NCBI GenBank assembly: GCA_963675295.2
Contig: CAXXKJ010000002.1
Span: 3,296,001-3,360,000 of the forward strand
DNA from: a bacterium
Lineage (GTDB): Bacteria > Electryoneota > Electryoneia > Electryoneales > Electryoneaceae
Reading direction: 5' to 3'
Length of the DNA: 64,000 nt
The notes under the pieces are model-generated. The model was not told the DNA's origin. It did not search any database and was given only the letters and a program-made list of their open reading frames with translations. The translations under genes were made by a program, and so were the position numbers. Below are positions 51,728-60,490 of the stretch, in pieces; within the stretch, counting starts at the first letter, position 1; every line of letters starts with the position of its first letter.

Positions 51728-54700
51728 TGTTTGACCTCATGTTTTTATGTTCATTGATTCGCATTCTCTGCTGTTCGACTCTGTTTTCCAGAGCTCGTAC
51801 CCTTCCTCGTGTCGCCTCAGCAAGTGCTAAGCGACCTTTGGCCTCATGGTTTTCCAGAATATCTTGGAGTTTTGTTACTTGATTTTCGAGATGTCTATCC
51901 AACATTTGTATTTGCAAGTCAGCTCGATCTTCATTCCTTTCTTTCAATCTAGCTTCAAATTCTTCATAATCATCCCACAGCTTTGCAAATAGAATATCAG
52001 ATGCCACTTGCTCAGCATGCCTGAAATTAATCTCGCTACTGACTTCCAGCCAATCTTTCCCTTCAGACACAATCATCGAAGCTAGAATTTCTGCGGCGTC
52101 GTCTTGTAGAACTTTATCTGGATAACGGAGGGAACAAGCTTTATAGGCTAACTTATCAACATTTTGTAGGGCGGAAAACGACCATTTTGCGATTGCTACC
52201 ATATAGACACCCGGTTCCACGATTTGCTTAACTTTCTCTTTTGAAAGAATCGCTGATATCGCCGGTGTTAGTTGTTCACCACCTTCTGACATCTCATCAT
52301 TAACCATTTTTACTAGTGGATGAAATTGAGATATCGTTTCTATCGCCCCTGTCAAATCATGAGTCACTCGATTATCAAATATATATTTATATGACTTACT
52401 TAAAGTACTTGTTAAACGCGTAGAATAACTCGAGCGCACTCTTCGTATATATTCTGTGAGCGCATACCTAGCTTCTTTAGACAAAGTAATGTTGTATATA
52501 CGTTTCGCTTGATCGATCAATTGAAATACACTACCAGGATACTTCATACTTAGGTGATCCGACACATATCTTCGAATATCCTCACCAAGAATCCATCTAT
52601 GTAAACTCTTGGCTTGGTGAATGCGATCGAGAATGTAGTCACCGTAGGCAATTAGGCTAGCCGCCTCGTTTTCTAGCTGCTCCTCCTCCCTTCTTATGTT
52701 TTCCAATGCCATCGCTGTTTGTTCTATCCTTGCATTCTGAGCTTCAGGGGATAGTTCCCCGGATAGCAGATCAATGGTTAGTATGCGAATCTTTTCCCCA
52801 AGGATCGCCTCAAAATCTCCAAGCGCTACACGCACTAGATCCAGCTTGTCGTAGAGCCGCGTGTAGATCCTTGCATCTATTGTGTTGTCGTACATGATAT
52901 TCCAGATCTGTATGCTATCTGCTTTTTGACCCAACCGATCGATTCGCCCGATTCGCTGTTCTAGTCGCATTGGATTCCAGGGTAGATCATAATTAATCAG
53001 AACTCGGCAGAATTGGATGTCCACACCCTCACCGCCTACTTCTGATGTAAGGAGAGTTGTTGATCCGGGCGCACCACGAAATCTTCCAATCACTGATTGT
53101 TTAGTCTCAGACTGTCCCCCCATTAGAAGAATAGTCTTGAAACCCTCTTCATCGAGGCGATTCTTCAGGTAGGTAAGCGTGGATCGAAAAGAAGAGAATA
53201 GTACTACTTTCTCATCTGGGTGATTCCTAAAAAACTTTTCCAGAAGTTGAGTTAGACGCTGGTACTTAGAATCATTTTCCCTTAGGTTTTCAATATCTAT
53301 AGCTTTGGTCTGCCGGATGATTGTTTGAACTAAGGGACCAATTTCAGTCTTCATACTCACATCTGGATCAGCAAGAATCGCTTCCTCGAGTTGTTCTCCT
53401 GAATTGCGCCATGAAGTTAGGGCTGCAGCCATACAGCTTGTCATCTGACGCTGTGGTTGTGACAGCAAGAAACGTTCATTCGCTTCACTTCGCATTGCGT
53501 ATTCGGTTACAATACTAGTGACCATATCGTAAACTTTTCCTTCAGGATCTCGCGCCATAGGAACCAGTTCTAGGAACGGTTGCCGTACTACTCTCCATTC
53601 CTTTACGTCTCGCTTTCTTGTTCTTGTTATTACATGTGCAAGTAAATTGATGGTTTCTAGTCTATATGCTAAATTACTTCGGGTTATGTGATCTAAAGAA
53701 AGTCGATTTTCTTTGAGATCCGTTTTAATGCTTGACAATTGTCTATTGTTTGCTAGAAGTTCATTAGTCATAGCTTCTGAAACTAGAAGCTTAAGTCTTT
53801 GAAGGTCAGGGTTTTGACTTAGTAGCATGTCCTTTGCTCGAACAAGGGGCGAATTCGCTTCCAATATCTGACCAAACTCTTGCTTTCTTGAAAATGTATC
53901 CGGATCCAAAAGCTTCAACAACGAATACAGATCTTCATTGCGGTTATGTATCGGAGTAGCGGTGAGTAAGACGGTAAACTCGCACACTGGTTTGAGTAGC
54001 TGTCCCAGTTCATTTGTGCGTGTTTCGGGGTTTCGGAGATGATGCGCTTCGTCTATGACGAGCAAGTCTGCAAGCCTATCATCGTTTTCATGTTCACGTA
54101 AGAATCGTGCCAACTGACCTGCTGCGCTAAGATCTTCAGAGTCTTCCCAGTCTTTGGGTGGCCTTAGACCCTGGAGACTACAGATAATGGCAAAGCCTGC
54201 ATCTTGCTCATCCGAATCGCTTAGAATTCGAAGTGTTTCCCTGGTGTCACATATTGCTGCGCGAATCCCGATTTTGGACGATAATTCTGTTTGCCACTTT
54301 TCGCAAAGCGCCGAGGGGCAAACCACGATTAATCGTCGCATGTCAAAACGACTGCGCAACTCAGTCCAAATAAGACCCGCCTCAATTGTCTTGCCAAGGC
54401 CGACTTCATCAGCCACAAGGATGCCATTCGACGGGGATTCCAAGATCTTAAGGACCGGTTTGAACTGGTACGCGTAGAAATCTGTATTTGTGGCTTCCAT
54501 GCTATAGATCACATCTGCCAACTTACCTGTGATTTTTGCATGTGTTAGTGTTTTTCGTAGATCAATAGGCCTACCAAGTTTTTGTTTACTTAGCATTTCC
54601 AACGGATTCAAACGTTCACTTGTGACCAGTTCAAGTTGGTTCTCAGGTTTCCATTGACGACCATCCGGGAATTGAACCAAGTGCATCGTGCGCCCTGAGC

Positions 54701-54776
54701 GATCTTGGGTTTTTCCTGTCAGGTAACCCGATTTTGTGGGATCGCTTCTCAAGCGAACGCGGTCGTTCTCAGTCAC
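51690..54776 (-). CDS. SNF2/RapA-like superfamily 2 helicase
   Basis: ADEVGLGKTIEAG, DEAHH, LTATP, EVGGEGVDIQ, WNPMRLEQRIGRIDRLGQ; C-terminal coiled coil. Confidence 0.92.
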   Translation of the reverse strand: MTENDRVRLRSDPTKSGYLTGKTQDRSGRTMHLVQFPDGRQWKPENQLELVTSERLNPLEMLSKQKLGRPIDLRKTLTHAKITGKLADVIYSMEATNTDFYAYQFKPVLKILESPSNGILVADEVGLGKTIEAGLIWTELRSRFDMRRLIVVCPSALCEKWQTELSSKIGIRAAICDTRETLRILSDSDEQDAGFAIICSLQGLRPPKDWEDSEDLSAAGQLARFLREHENDDRLADLLVIDEAHHLRNPETRTNELGQLLKPVCEFTVLLTATPIHNRNEDLYSLLKLLDPDTFSRKQEFGQILEANSPLVRAKDMLLSQNPDLQRLKLLVSEAMTNELLANNRQLSSIKTDLKENRLSLDHITRSNLAYRLETINLLAHVITRTRKRDVKEWRVVRQPFLELVPMARDPEGKVYDMVTSIVTEYAMRSEANERFLLSQPQRQMTSCMAAALTSWRNSGEQLEEAILADPDVSMKTEIGPLVQTIIRQTKAIDIENLRENDSKYQRLTQLLEKFFRNHPDEKVVLFSSFRSTLTYLKNRLDEEGFKTILLMGGQSETKQSVIGRFRGAPGSTTLLTSEVGGEGVDIQFCRVLINYDLPWNPMRLEQRIGRIDRLGQKADSIQIWNIMYDNTIDARIYTRLYDKLDLVRVALGDFEAILGEKIRILTIDLLSGELSPEAQNARIEQTAMALENIRREEEQLENEAASLIAYGDYILDRIHQAKSLHRWILGEDIRRYVSDHLSMKYPGSVFQLIDQAKRIYNITLSKEARYALTEYIRRVRSSYSTRLTSTLSKSYKYIFDNRVTHDLTGAIETISQFHPLVKMVNDEMSEGGEQLTPAISAILSKEKVKQIVEPGVYMVAIAKWSFSALQNVDKLAYKACSLRYPDKVLQDDAAEILASMIVSEGKDWLEVSSEINFRHAEQVASDILFAKLWDDYEEFEARLKERNEDRADLQIQMLDRHLENQVTKLQDILENHEAKGRLALAEATRGRVRALENRVEQQRMRINEHKNMRSNSEDIGLAIVSVR

Positions 54777-54904
54777 GTGCCATTCCCCCTGCTCTGTTTA
54801 TGTGCAGCAAAGATACGAATAAACCACCAGCATATATTAATGACCATGCGTTCTTGCAGCGAAAGATCACCTCAAAGCCGCAAAGATGGTGGGCTCTAGA
54901 GGTA

Positions 54905-54934
54905 TTGACATAACGCCATGTGACAATGTATGAT
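54905..54934 (+). promoter_or_regulatory. Sigma70-type promoter for the MerR-vWA operon
   Basis: TTGACA-18 nt-TATGAT; ATG begins 7 nt after the -10. Confidence 0.6.
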
Positions 54935-54940
54935 CTAATC

Positions 54941-55729
54941 ATGAACGAAAACAACTATACACTCCAAGAGCTCAGCGAGCAAACCGGCATCGGGGCGCGA
55001 ACCATTCGCAGCTACATCCATGAGCACAATCTGCTGCGTCCTGCGCACGGTCGTGGCCCGAACGCGTACTACGACCAGGACCATCTGGATCGGCTGCAGG
55101 CGATCAAGATGTTGCGCGGAATGAAAAACATCAGTCTTTCGGCTATCGGAAGGCTGTTGATGCAATTCGATGTCGGCGAAGTGTCCCTCGAAGATTTGGA
55201 ACAGATGGTGAAGCAGCAGGGGCTTGATTGGTATCTAGTGTCTGATGCGGTAGATGATGCAGCACCCGCATCTTTCAAGGAGTCTGCGGCAACCACTTCT
55301 ACTCGGTTTCCAAGAATCGAACCTTCTTCCGCTTTGGATTTCATCCGCGAATACAAGCGACGACAACAGGAACCCGATCCTCAAGAGGAAAATTCTGCCC
55401 CGAAGGACATCGAGCCGTTTCCCATCGCTTCCCTCGCACGTCCACGGCTTTCCAAGCCCTATCCGAGCACAGGGTCGACTCACGAAGAATCGCGCCCCTG
55501 GACCGGGTTGAATCCACCGGAAAAGCTGCTGAGGATCCTGAAAAAAGAGGTGAGCACTGCACAACCTCGATCAAGACGAAGGGAGGAATGGGTCCAGTTC
55601 GAGATCACCCCTGACATACGGCTCCAGGTGCGGGGTGATTTTGACATTCGACAGCAGGCAATCTTTGCCCAGATCGCAGATGCGATGCGGGAGATTTTAC
55701 TCGGAGGAACTCATGATGAAGACGAATGA
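54941..55729 (+). CDS. MerR-type HTH transcriptional regulator
   Basis: YTLQELSEQTGIGARTIRSYI...LL.P..GRG..AYY...HLDRLQAIK. Confidence 0.85.
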   Translation: MNENNYTLQELSEQTGIGARTIRSYIHEHNLLRPAHGRGPNAYYDQDHLDRLQAIKMLRGMKNISLSAIGRLLMQFDVGEVSLEDLEQMVKQQGLDWYLVSDAVDDAAPASFKESAATTSTRFPRIEPSSALDFIREYKRRQQEPDPQEENSAPKDIEPFPIASLARPRLSKPYPSTGSTHEESRPWTGLNPPEKLLRILKKEVSTAQPRSRRREEWVQFEITPDIRLQVRGDFDIRQQAIFAQIADAMREILLGGTHDEDE

Positions 55730-57764
55730 TACTGTAACCCTGAAAGCTGGACGGGATCGCATGCTCGTCCGTGGTGGCAGTTCAACCTATCGGTTCGTGT
55801 TGGCTGAATTGAAGGCACCGAAAATCGAGCTGGAGGACAATGAACGCCGTCCAATCAACCTGGCCATTGTGATCGATGCCAGCGGATCCATGAGCGGCGA
55901 ACCCATCGAAGCTGCGAAACGCGCGGCAGCTGGTATCGTCGAGCAAATGACAGATGGCGATTATTTGTCGGTCGTATCCTTTGATTCCGATGTCTACACT
56001 CACATCAGCCGGCTACAGATTAATGATCAAGCCCGGACACAGGCAAAGGGTGTGATTCGCCAGCTACGTGCCGGTTCCATGACCAACATGTCCGGTGGCT
56101 GGCTGCAGGGCGCTGAGCTTGCCGCTGAAGTTATGGAAGAACAAACCGGATTTGTCAATCGTGTGTTGCTGCTTTCGGACGGTCACGCCAATCAGGGCGA
56201 GTGTAATCCGACAGAGCTGCGGAAGATCGCATCCAACCTGTTCGAACGCGGCATCATTTCATCCTGTGTAGGCATCGGACATGGGTTCTCGACCACACAG
56301 CTCCGCGCAATCGCGGACCATGGCGGCGGTCGTCTGCACCACGCCGAGCGCCCCGAAGAAATCATCGAAACGGTGCTCGGCGAGTTCGGGGAAGTCCGTC
56401 AGATGTTCTCTGAATCCAACAACCTGACCTTGCTGCATCCGGAAGACGTGAAAGCCGAGGTGCTTGGGGATTACCCGACGGACACGAAAGACGATCGTCT
56501 GACTGTCCGAGTTGGCACTCTGCTTTCCGGTGCCAGCAGGGAAATCGCCATCAAATTCGTTGTGCCGGGAGGCGACGTCGGCCAGAAGATCAAGGTTTTC
56601 CTGCGGGGAACGTTCAAACGTCCCGGTGAAACGGACATGGTCCAGTTGGAACCTGTAGAGCTTGAATACACCGTTGCTTCGGACGATGATGTGAACACTG
56701 AGGTGCCAGATGAAAGGGTCGTGCTGCGAGTCGCTGAACTGTGGCAGGATTCTCTCGCACAGGAAAGCGTGGAGTTGAATCGACAGGGACGACGTCGCGA
56801 GGTCCGGTCGCGGTTGGAACGGAACCGAAGGGTCATGCACGATCTCACGCTGAACGTTGAGGATGCCGCCCCGCTGATGGCTGACATGGACGCGATGCTG
56901 GACACGTTCAGTGTGGAAATGGATGAAGTATCACGCAAACAGGTCGAACATGCGGCCTATTCGTCCTCCAGAGCGATGAAGGATGTACGGTCCAAGCCTT
57001 CACTCCCATTCTGGAAAGATGCACTCATGCGTGGCGATGGCCATGCTGAGCGCACCAATCCAGTTCAGTCCGAGACCTATCCACTCCATCTGGCTGACGG
57101 CGTGCTGTTCGCCGAAATCGGACCGGTTCGCGCGCTCATCGATACCGGTGCGCCTGTCAGCCTCGGCACGATGGACCATCTTGTGCTGAATGGCAGCCGC
57201 TATCGTTTGTCCTATAACTACCTGGGCACTGACATGCGCGGCATTCAGCGCTATGTGCCAACGCATGTGGATGCCTTGATCGGATGCGACATCCTGAAAG
57301 ACTTTACAGTGACCTTTGACCTTCCCGGTGGTGAACTCCGCCTGGATCCTGCATCGTCCGCGATGCACGGTTCGCCCCAGCCTATCGACCTGGTGCTCGG
57401 AATCGTGCCGGTGATGCAGGTGGTTGTGAATGGTGTTCAACGGTCCCTCGTCTTCGACAGCGGCGCTCACCTGTCCTATCTGGACCGACGTCTGGTTCAG
57501 GGTGTGCTGCCGGACGGAGAGATGGAAGACTTTTATCCTGGCGTCGGACGCTTCCGCACCGACCTATTCCCCGCCGATGTAGAGCTTTCCGGCATCTCCC
57601 GCACCTACCGCTTCGGTGTTCTGCCGGGTGTCCTCGCACCGCTTCTGAATATGACGGGTGCCGAGGGGATTCTGGGGAACTCAATTCTACGTGAGTTTCG
57701 TTTAAGTCTATGTTTAAAATACAGTAGAATGAAGATCAATACTCTCATGGATTCGAGGATCTAA
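55713..57764 (+). CDS. vWA (MIDAS) domain protein fused to two retropepsin-like aspartic protease lobes
   Basis: VIDASGSMS, TNM, LLSDGHAN; ALIDTGA...DALIGCDIL and LVFDSGA...EGILGNSIL; GGAGG RBS. Confidence 0.82.
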   Translation: MMKTNDTVTLKAGRDRMLVRGGSSTYRFVLAELKAPKIELEDNERRPINLAIVIDASGSMSGEPIEAAKRAAAGIVEQMTDGDYLSVVSFDSDVYTHISRLQINDQARTQAKGVIRQLRAGSMTNMSGGWLQGAELAAEVMEEQTGFVNRVLLLSDGHANQGECNPTELRKIASNLFERGIISSCVGIGHGFSTTQLRAIADHGGGRLHHAERPEEIIETVLGEFGEVRQMFSESNNLTLLHPEDVKAEVLGDYPTDTKDDRLTVRVGTLLSGASREIAIKFVVPGGDVGQKIKVFLRGTFKRPGETDMVQLEPVELEYTVASDDDVNTEVPDERVVLRVAELWQDSLAQESVELNRQGRRREVRSRLERNRRVMHDLTLNVEDAAPLMADMDAMLDTFSVEMDEVSRKQVEHAAYSSSRAMKDVRSKPSLPFWKDALMRGDGHAERTNPVQSETYPLHLADGVLFAEIGPVRALIDTGAPVSLGTMDHLVLNGSRYRLSYNYLGTDMRGIQRYVPTHVDALIGCDILKDFTVTFDLPGGELRLDPASSAMHGSPQPIDLVLGIVPVMQVVVNGVQRSLVFDSGAHLSYLDRRLVQGVLPDGEMEDFYPGVGRFRTDLFPADVELSGISRTYRFGVLPGVLAPLLNMTGAEGILGNSILREFRLSLCLKYSRMKINTLMDSRI

Positions 57765-58096
57765 AGACCATGCCAAAATACTCCTTTGGATAACGTTGGT
57801 GGACATTTCTTGCTATACCTTTAATAGCTGGCAACACCCGGACTCATTTGGGCCTGCAACCCCAGCTAAACGCGCAGGTATTGGGTCCCTTTATGCGAAT
57901 TACATGCATACACTAATGCTTGGACGGCCCAAAGCCAATGAAGCCTAGGGTCCTGGACGATATCCACGGCACATTCACGACGCACTGAGGGCAACAAGCA
58001 GCAACAAATCCCAAGCAACCGAAACTGGCGATTTGACAGAAATCTTTGATTCCTTTGTTGTTATGATTGTGACTTGTTGTGGATTGGGTCTTTTCG

Positions 58097-59061
58097 GGTA
58101 TGACACACCATAACCTCCGGTACACATTGGGTAGATTTCTAATGAGTAGCCAGGAGGTTTTTCATGCATCCCGAGGCCATAGTGGAACTGCGGTTTCACG
58201 CAAGAGTGTCAGCTATCTAGTACGCTAACATAATTGGAAATGCCGTTCGAGCGTTCAGAGATCTCAAGATCCCGAGATCAACATTCACGCGCTGGAGGAC
58301 GATTTCAAACGATAGGGAGTTGAAAGCCTTGGGCGCAAAAGGCCTATCGCCCATAGCCATCCTAAGAAGACCCCACAGAAGGTCATTGAACTGATCTTCC
58401 AAATACGAACCGAGTACAAGCTCGGTCCTAAGCGAATCAGCTGGTATATGGAACGATATAATGGAGTTCAGTGTTCAGCTTCAACTGTGTCCCGCACCTT
58501 GGTCAGGCACGGTATGAACTGCCTTCCCAAGTCAGCATCGCGTCAATCGATTCGTGCCAAACGCTACCAACAGACTTGCCTAGACATCTTATACAAGTGG
58601 ATGTAAAGTTTTTACATTGATGGTTTAGAGGGAAGGAAAGTATTAGTACACTGCGATCGATGACACAACCAGAATTGTGCGATTGAGTTCATTAACCATT
58701 TCGTCGATAAGTTCCCGTTCCGTATCCAAGCCATTCGCACTGGTCGTAACCATGAGTTTCAGGCCAGGTTTCATTGGCATGTTGAAGATTTGGGAATGCC
58801 AAAAATTTACATCAAGCCGAAATCTCCTCAGTTGAATGGCAAGGTCGAACGATCTCACCGTAACGATCAGGATAAGTTCTATCAGTTGCTGACTTACGCT
58901 GATAATGTGGATCTGAATGACAAACTAAGGGCGTGGGAACACCTCTACAAATTCTAAAGCCCGCACTACGCTTTTGAAGGCAAAAAACCATACGAAGTGT
59001 TGTGGGACAAACTATAATTCATACCTTAGTCATTGTACCGGAGGATATGGTGCGCTGAAAA
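58097..59061 (+). pseudogene. Degenerate IS481-family element
   Basis: Frameshifted fragments LGPKRISWY, IQVDVKF, YTAIDD, PQLNGKVERSHR; IR cores 58106-58124 CACCATAACCTCCGGTACA and 59034-59052 TGTACCGGAGGATATGGTG; outer ends approximate. Confidence 0.8.
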
Positions 59062-59119
59062 TTCAGGATATTCCACCTACAATCCAATCAGTCTGTCGAT
59101 TGGTTCTCTCCGCATGAGA

Positions 59120-60490
59120 TCAAACTTTTTCATGCTGCGGCAACTCGTGCTTGAACACGAGGTCACAAAGATCTTTCCCGAGCTTATCCCGGACGGACCT
59201 TTTGGTCAAATCCTGGGCAACAAACAGCCTTGCCACAGTGACGGACTGTGAGCTGGATCCGCTAATATGGTGAGGATGGAGATGAAAGGTGGTGGGAGCG
59301 GTTTCATCACGTGATGGATACAGCAAGATGTTTTGCCGACTGCCGAACTGTGAAGCATACGCGTATAGCTGGTATTGATCGGATACGGCTTCTTCTCCCG
59401 GATTCACCAGCTTCCACTTCGTGTCAAGGACAGCGACAGGGCGGTCATTCCAACCTCCATTCCGATTTCGAAACAGTATATCTGGCTTGAGCTTGGTTTT
59501 GCCATGCTTTTTTTCGTCCCGGCTACTATAGACCAAGTATTCCCGCTGGCCATAGCCTTGCGAAATCACGCGGTAATCAGTAGGAGTTACTTTGCGGTAT
59601 AGCTGCGTTATATACCCTTCGAATACCTGATTCATATCAAACAGTAGGCTGAAGATACGTGAACCGCCAGAAACAGGTGCATTCAGAACCTGACGCAGAA
59701 GCTGAAGGCTGAAGTCGTGTACTGGCTTGAAACGATCATTTTGGCGGGTGAAGGTGACAGCAACTTCATCGGGTGATTGCAGGGCATTCTCCAGGCCACC
59801 CAACCACGGAACGCAGTTGTCCAAAATGCGATGGGTTTTCGAAAGACGGGAATACCGTCGCGCCAGCAAAACGCCGGTCCGCAGCACACGTGCCAACGGT
59901 GTTTCCGGCGAAAACTCACTGTAGCGTACGTAGAACCGTTCCGGGTGCAACAGATTGCGCGACGCTTGCCGCGCGGCGTACAACTTGCCCTTCCAGTGGA
60001 ATAGATTCTCTTCGCGCCGTACATACGCGCGTGGCGAACCCATGCGCAACTCGTCCAGCATAGCGGATGCGAAGATGAAGAGGATTGCTTCAAAAAGTGG
60101 TAAATTCTTCAAAGACTGGGGCGCCACCCCGCGATCACGGAACGATACCAACCCAGCACCACGCAGCATCTCGATGAGGTTACCACGTTCGAATTGCAGT
60201 GTGTCTGGTTGCAGCCCGGAATCGTTCGCACTCGCGGCAGTTTTAGGTAAAACTTCCAACGTAATATGGCCAAGCTGGATCACCCCAACGAACTGACGCG
60301 CCACAGCCCGATTGTGCAACCAGTGGAACAGAGTCAGCCCTTCACGACCGCCGGCATTCAATTCGTCCCATCGCCGCAGTTGGTCGTAGGCTACTTGCGG
60401 AAGGCGGATGCCACGTTCATCGGCATATGGACCGGAATCGTTGCCGCAAGGACGGATCCATTGGTATTCGCACAGGCTAAGCGTGATCAT
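59120..60490 (-). CDS. mcrC: McrC-family restriction nuclease subunit
   Basis: FVGVIQ..LEVLPK, LFDMNQVFE, KPDI...LDTKWK, DQYQLYAY; ATGA coupling to mcrB. Confidence 0.88.
   Translation of the reverse strand: MITLSLCEYQWIRPCGNDSGPYADERGIRLPQVAYDQLRRWDELNAGGREGLTLFHWLHNRAVARQFVGVIQLGHITLEVLPKTAASANDSGLQPDTLQFERGNLIEMLRGAGLVSFRDRGVAPQSLKNLPLFEAILFIFASAMLDELRMGSPRAYVRREENLFHWKGKLYAARQASRNLLHPERFYVRYSEFSPETPLARVLRTGVLLARRYSRLSKTHRILDNCVPWLGGLENALQSPDEVAVTFTRQNDRFKPVHDFSLQLLRQVLNAPVSGGSRIFSLLFDMNQVFEGYITQLYRKVTPTDYRVISQGYGQREYLVYSSRDEKKHGKTKLKPDILFRNRNGGWNDRPVAVLDTKWKLVNPGEEAVSDQYQLYAYASQFGSRQNILLYPSRDETAPTTFHLHPHHISGSSSQSVTVARLFVAQDLTKRSVRDKLGKDLCDLVFKHELPQHEKV

Noticed and set aside
44539-54776. 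Assignment to Zorya, DISARM, BREX or PsyrTA
   Set aside because: No MotA/MotB-like ZorAB, no DISARM methylase, no PglZ/PglX and no DprA-like partner visible in the window
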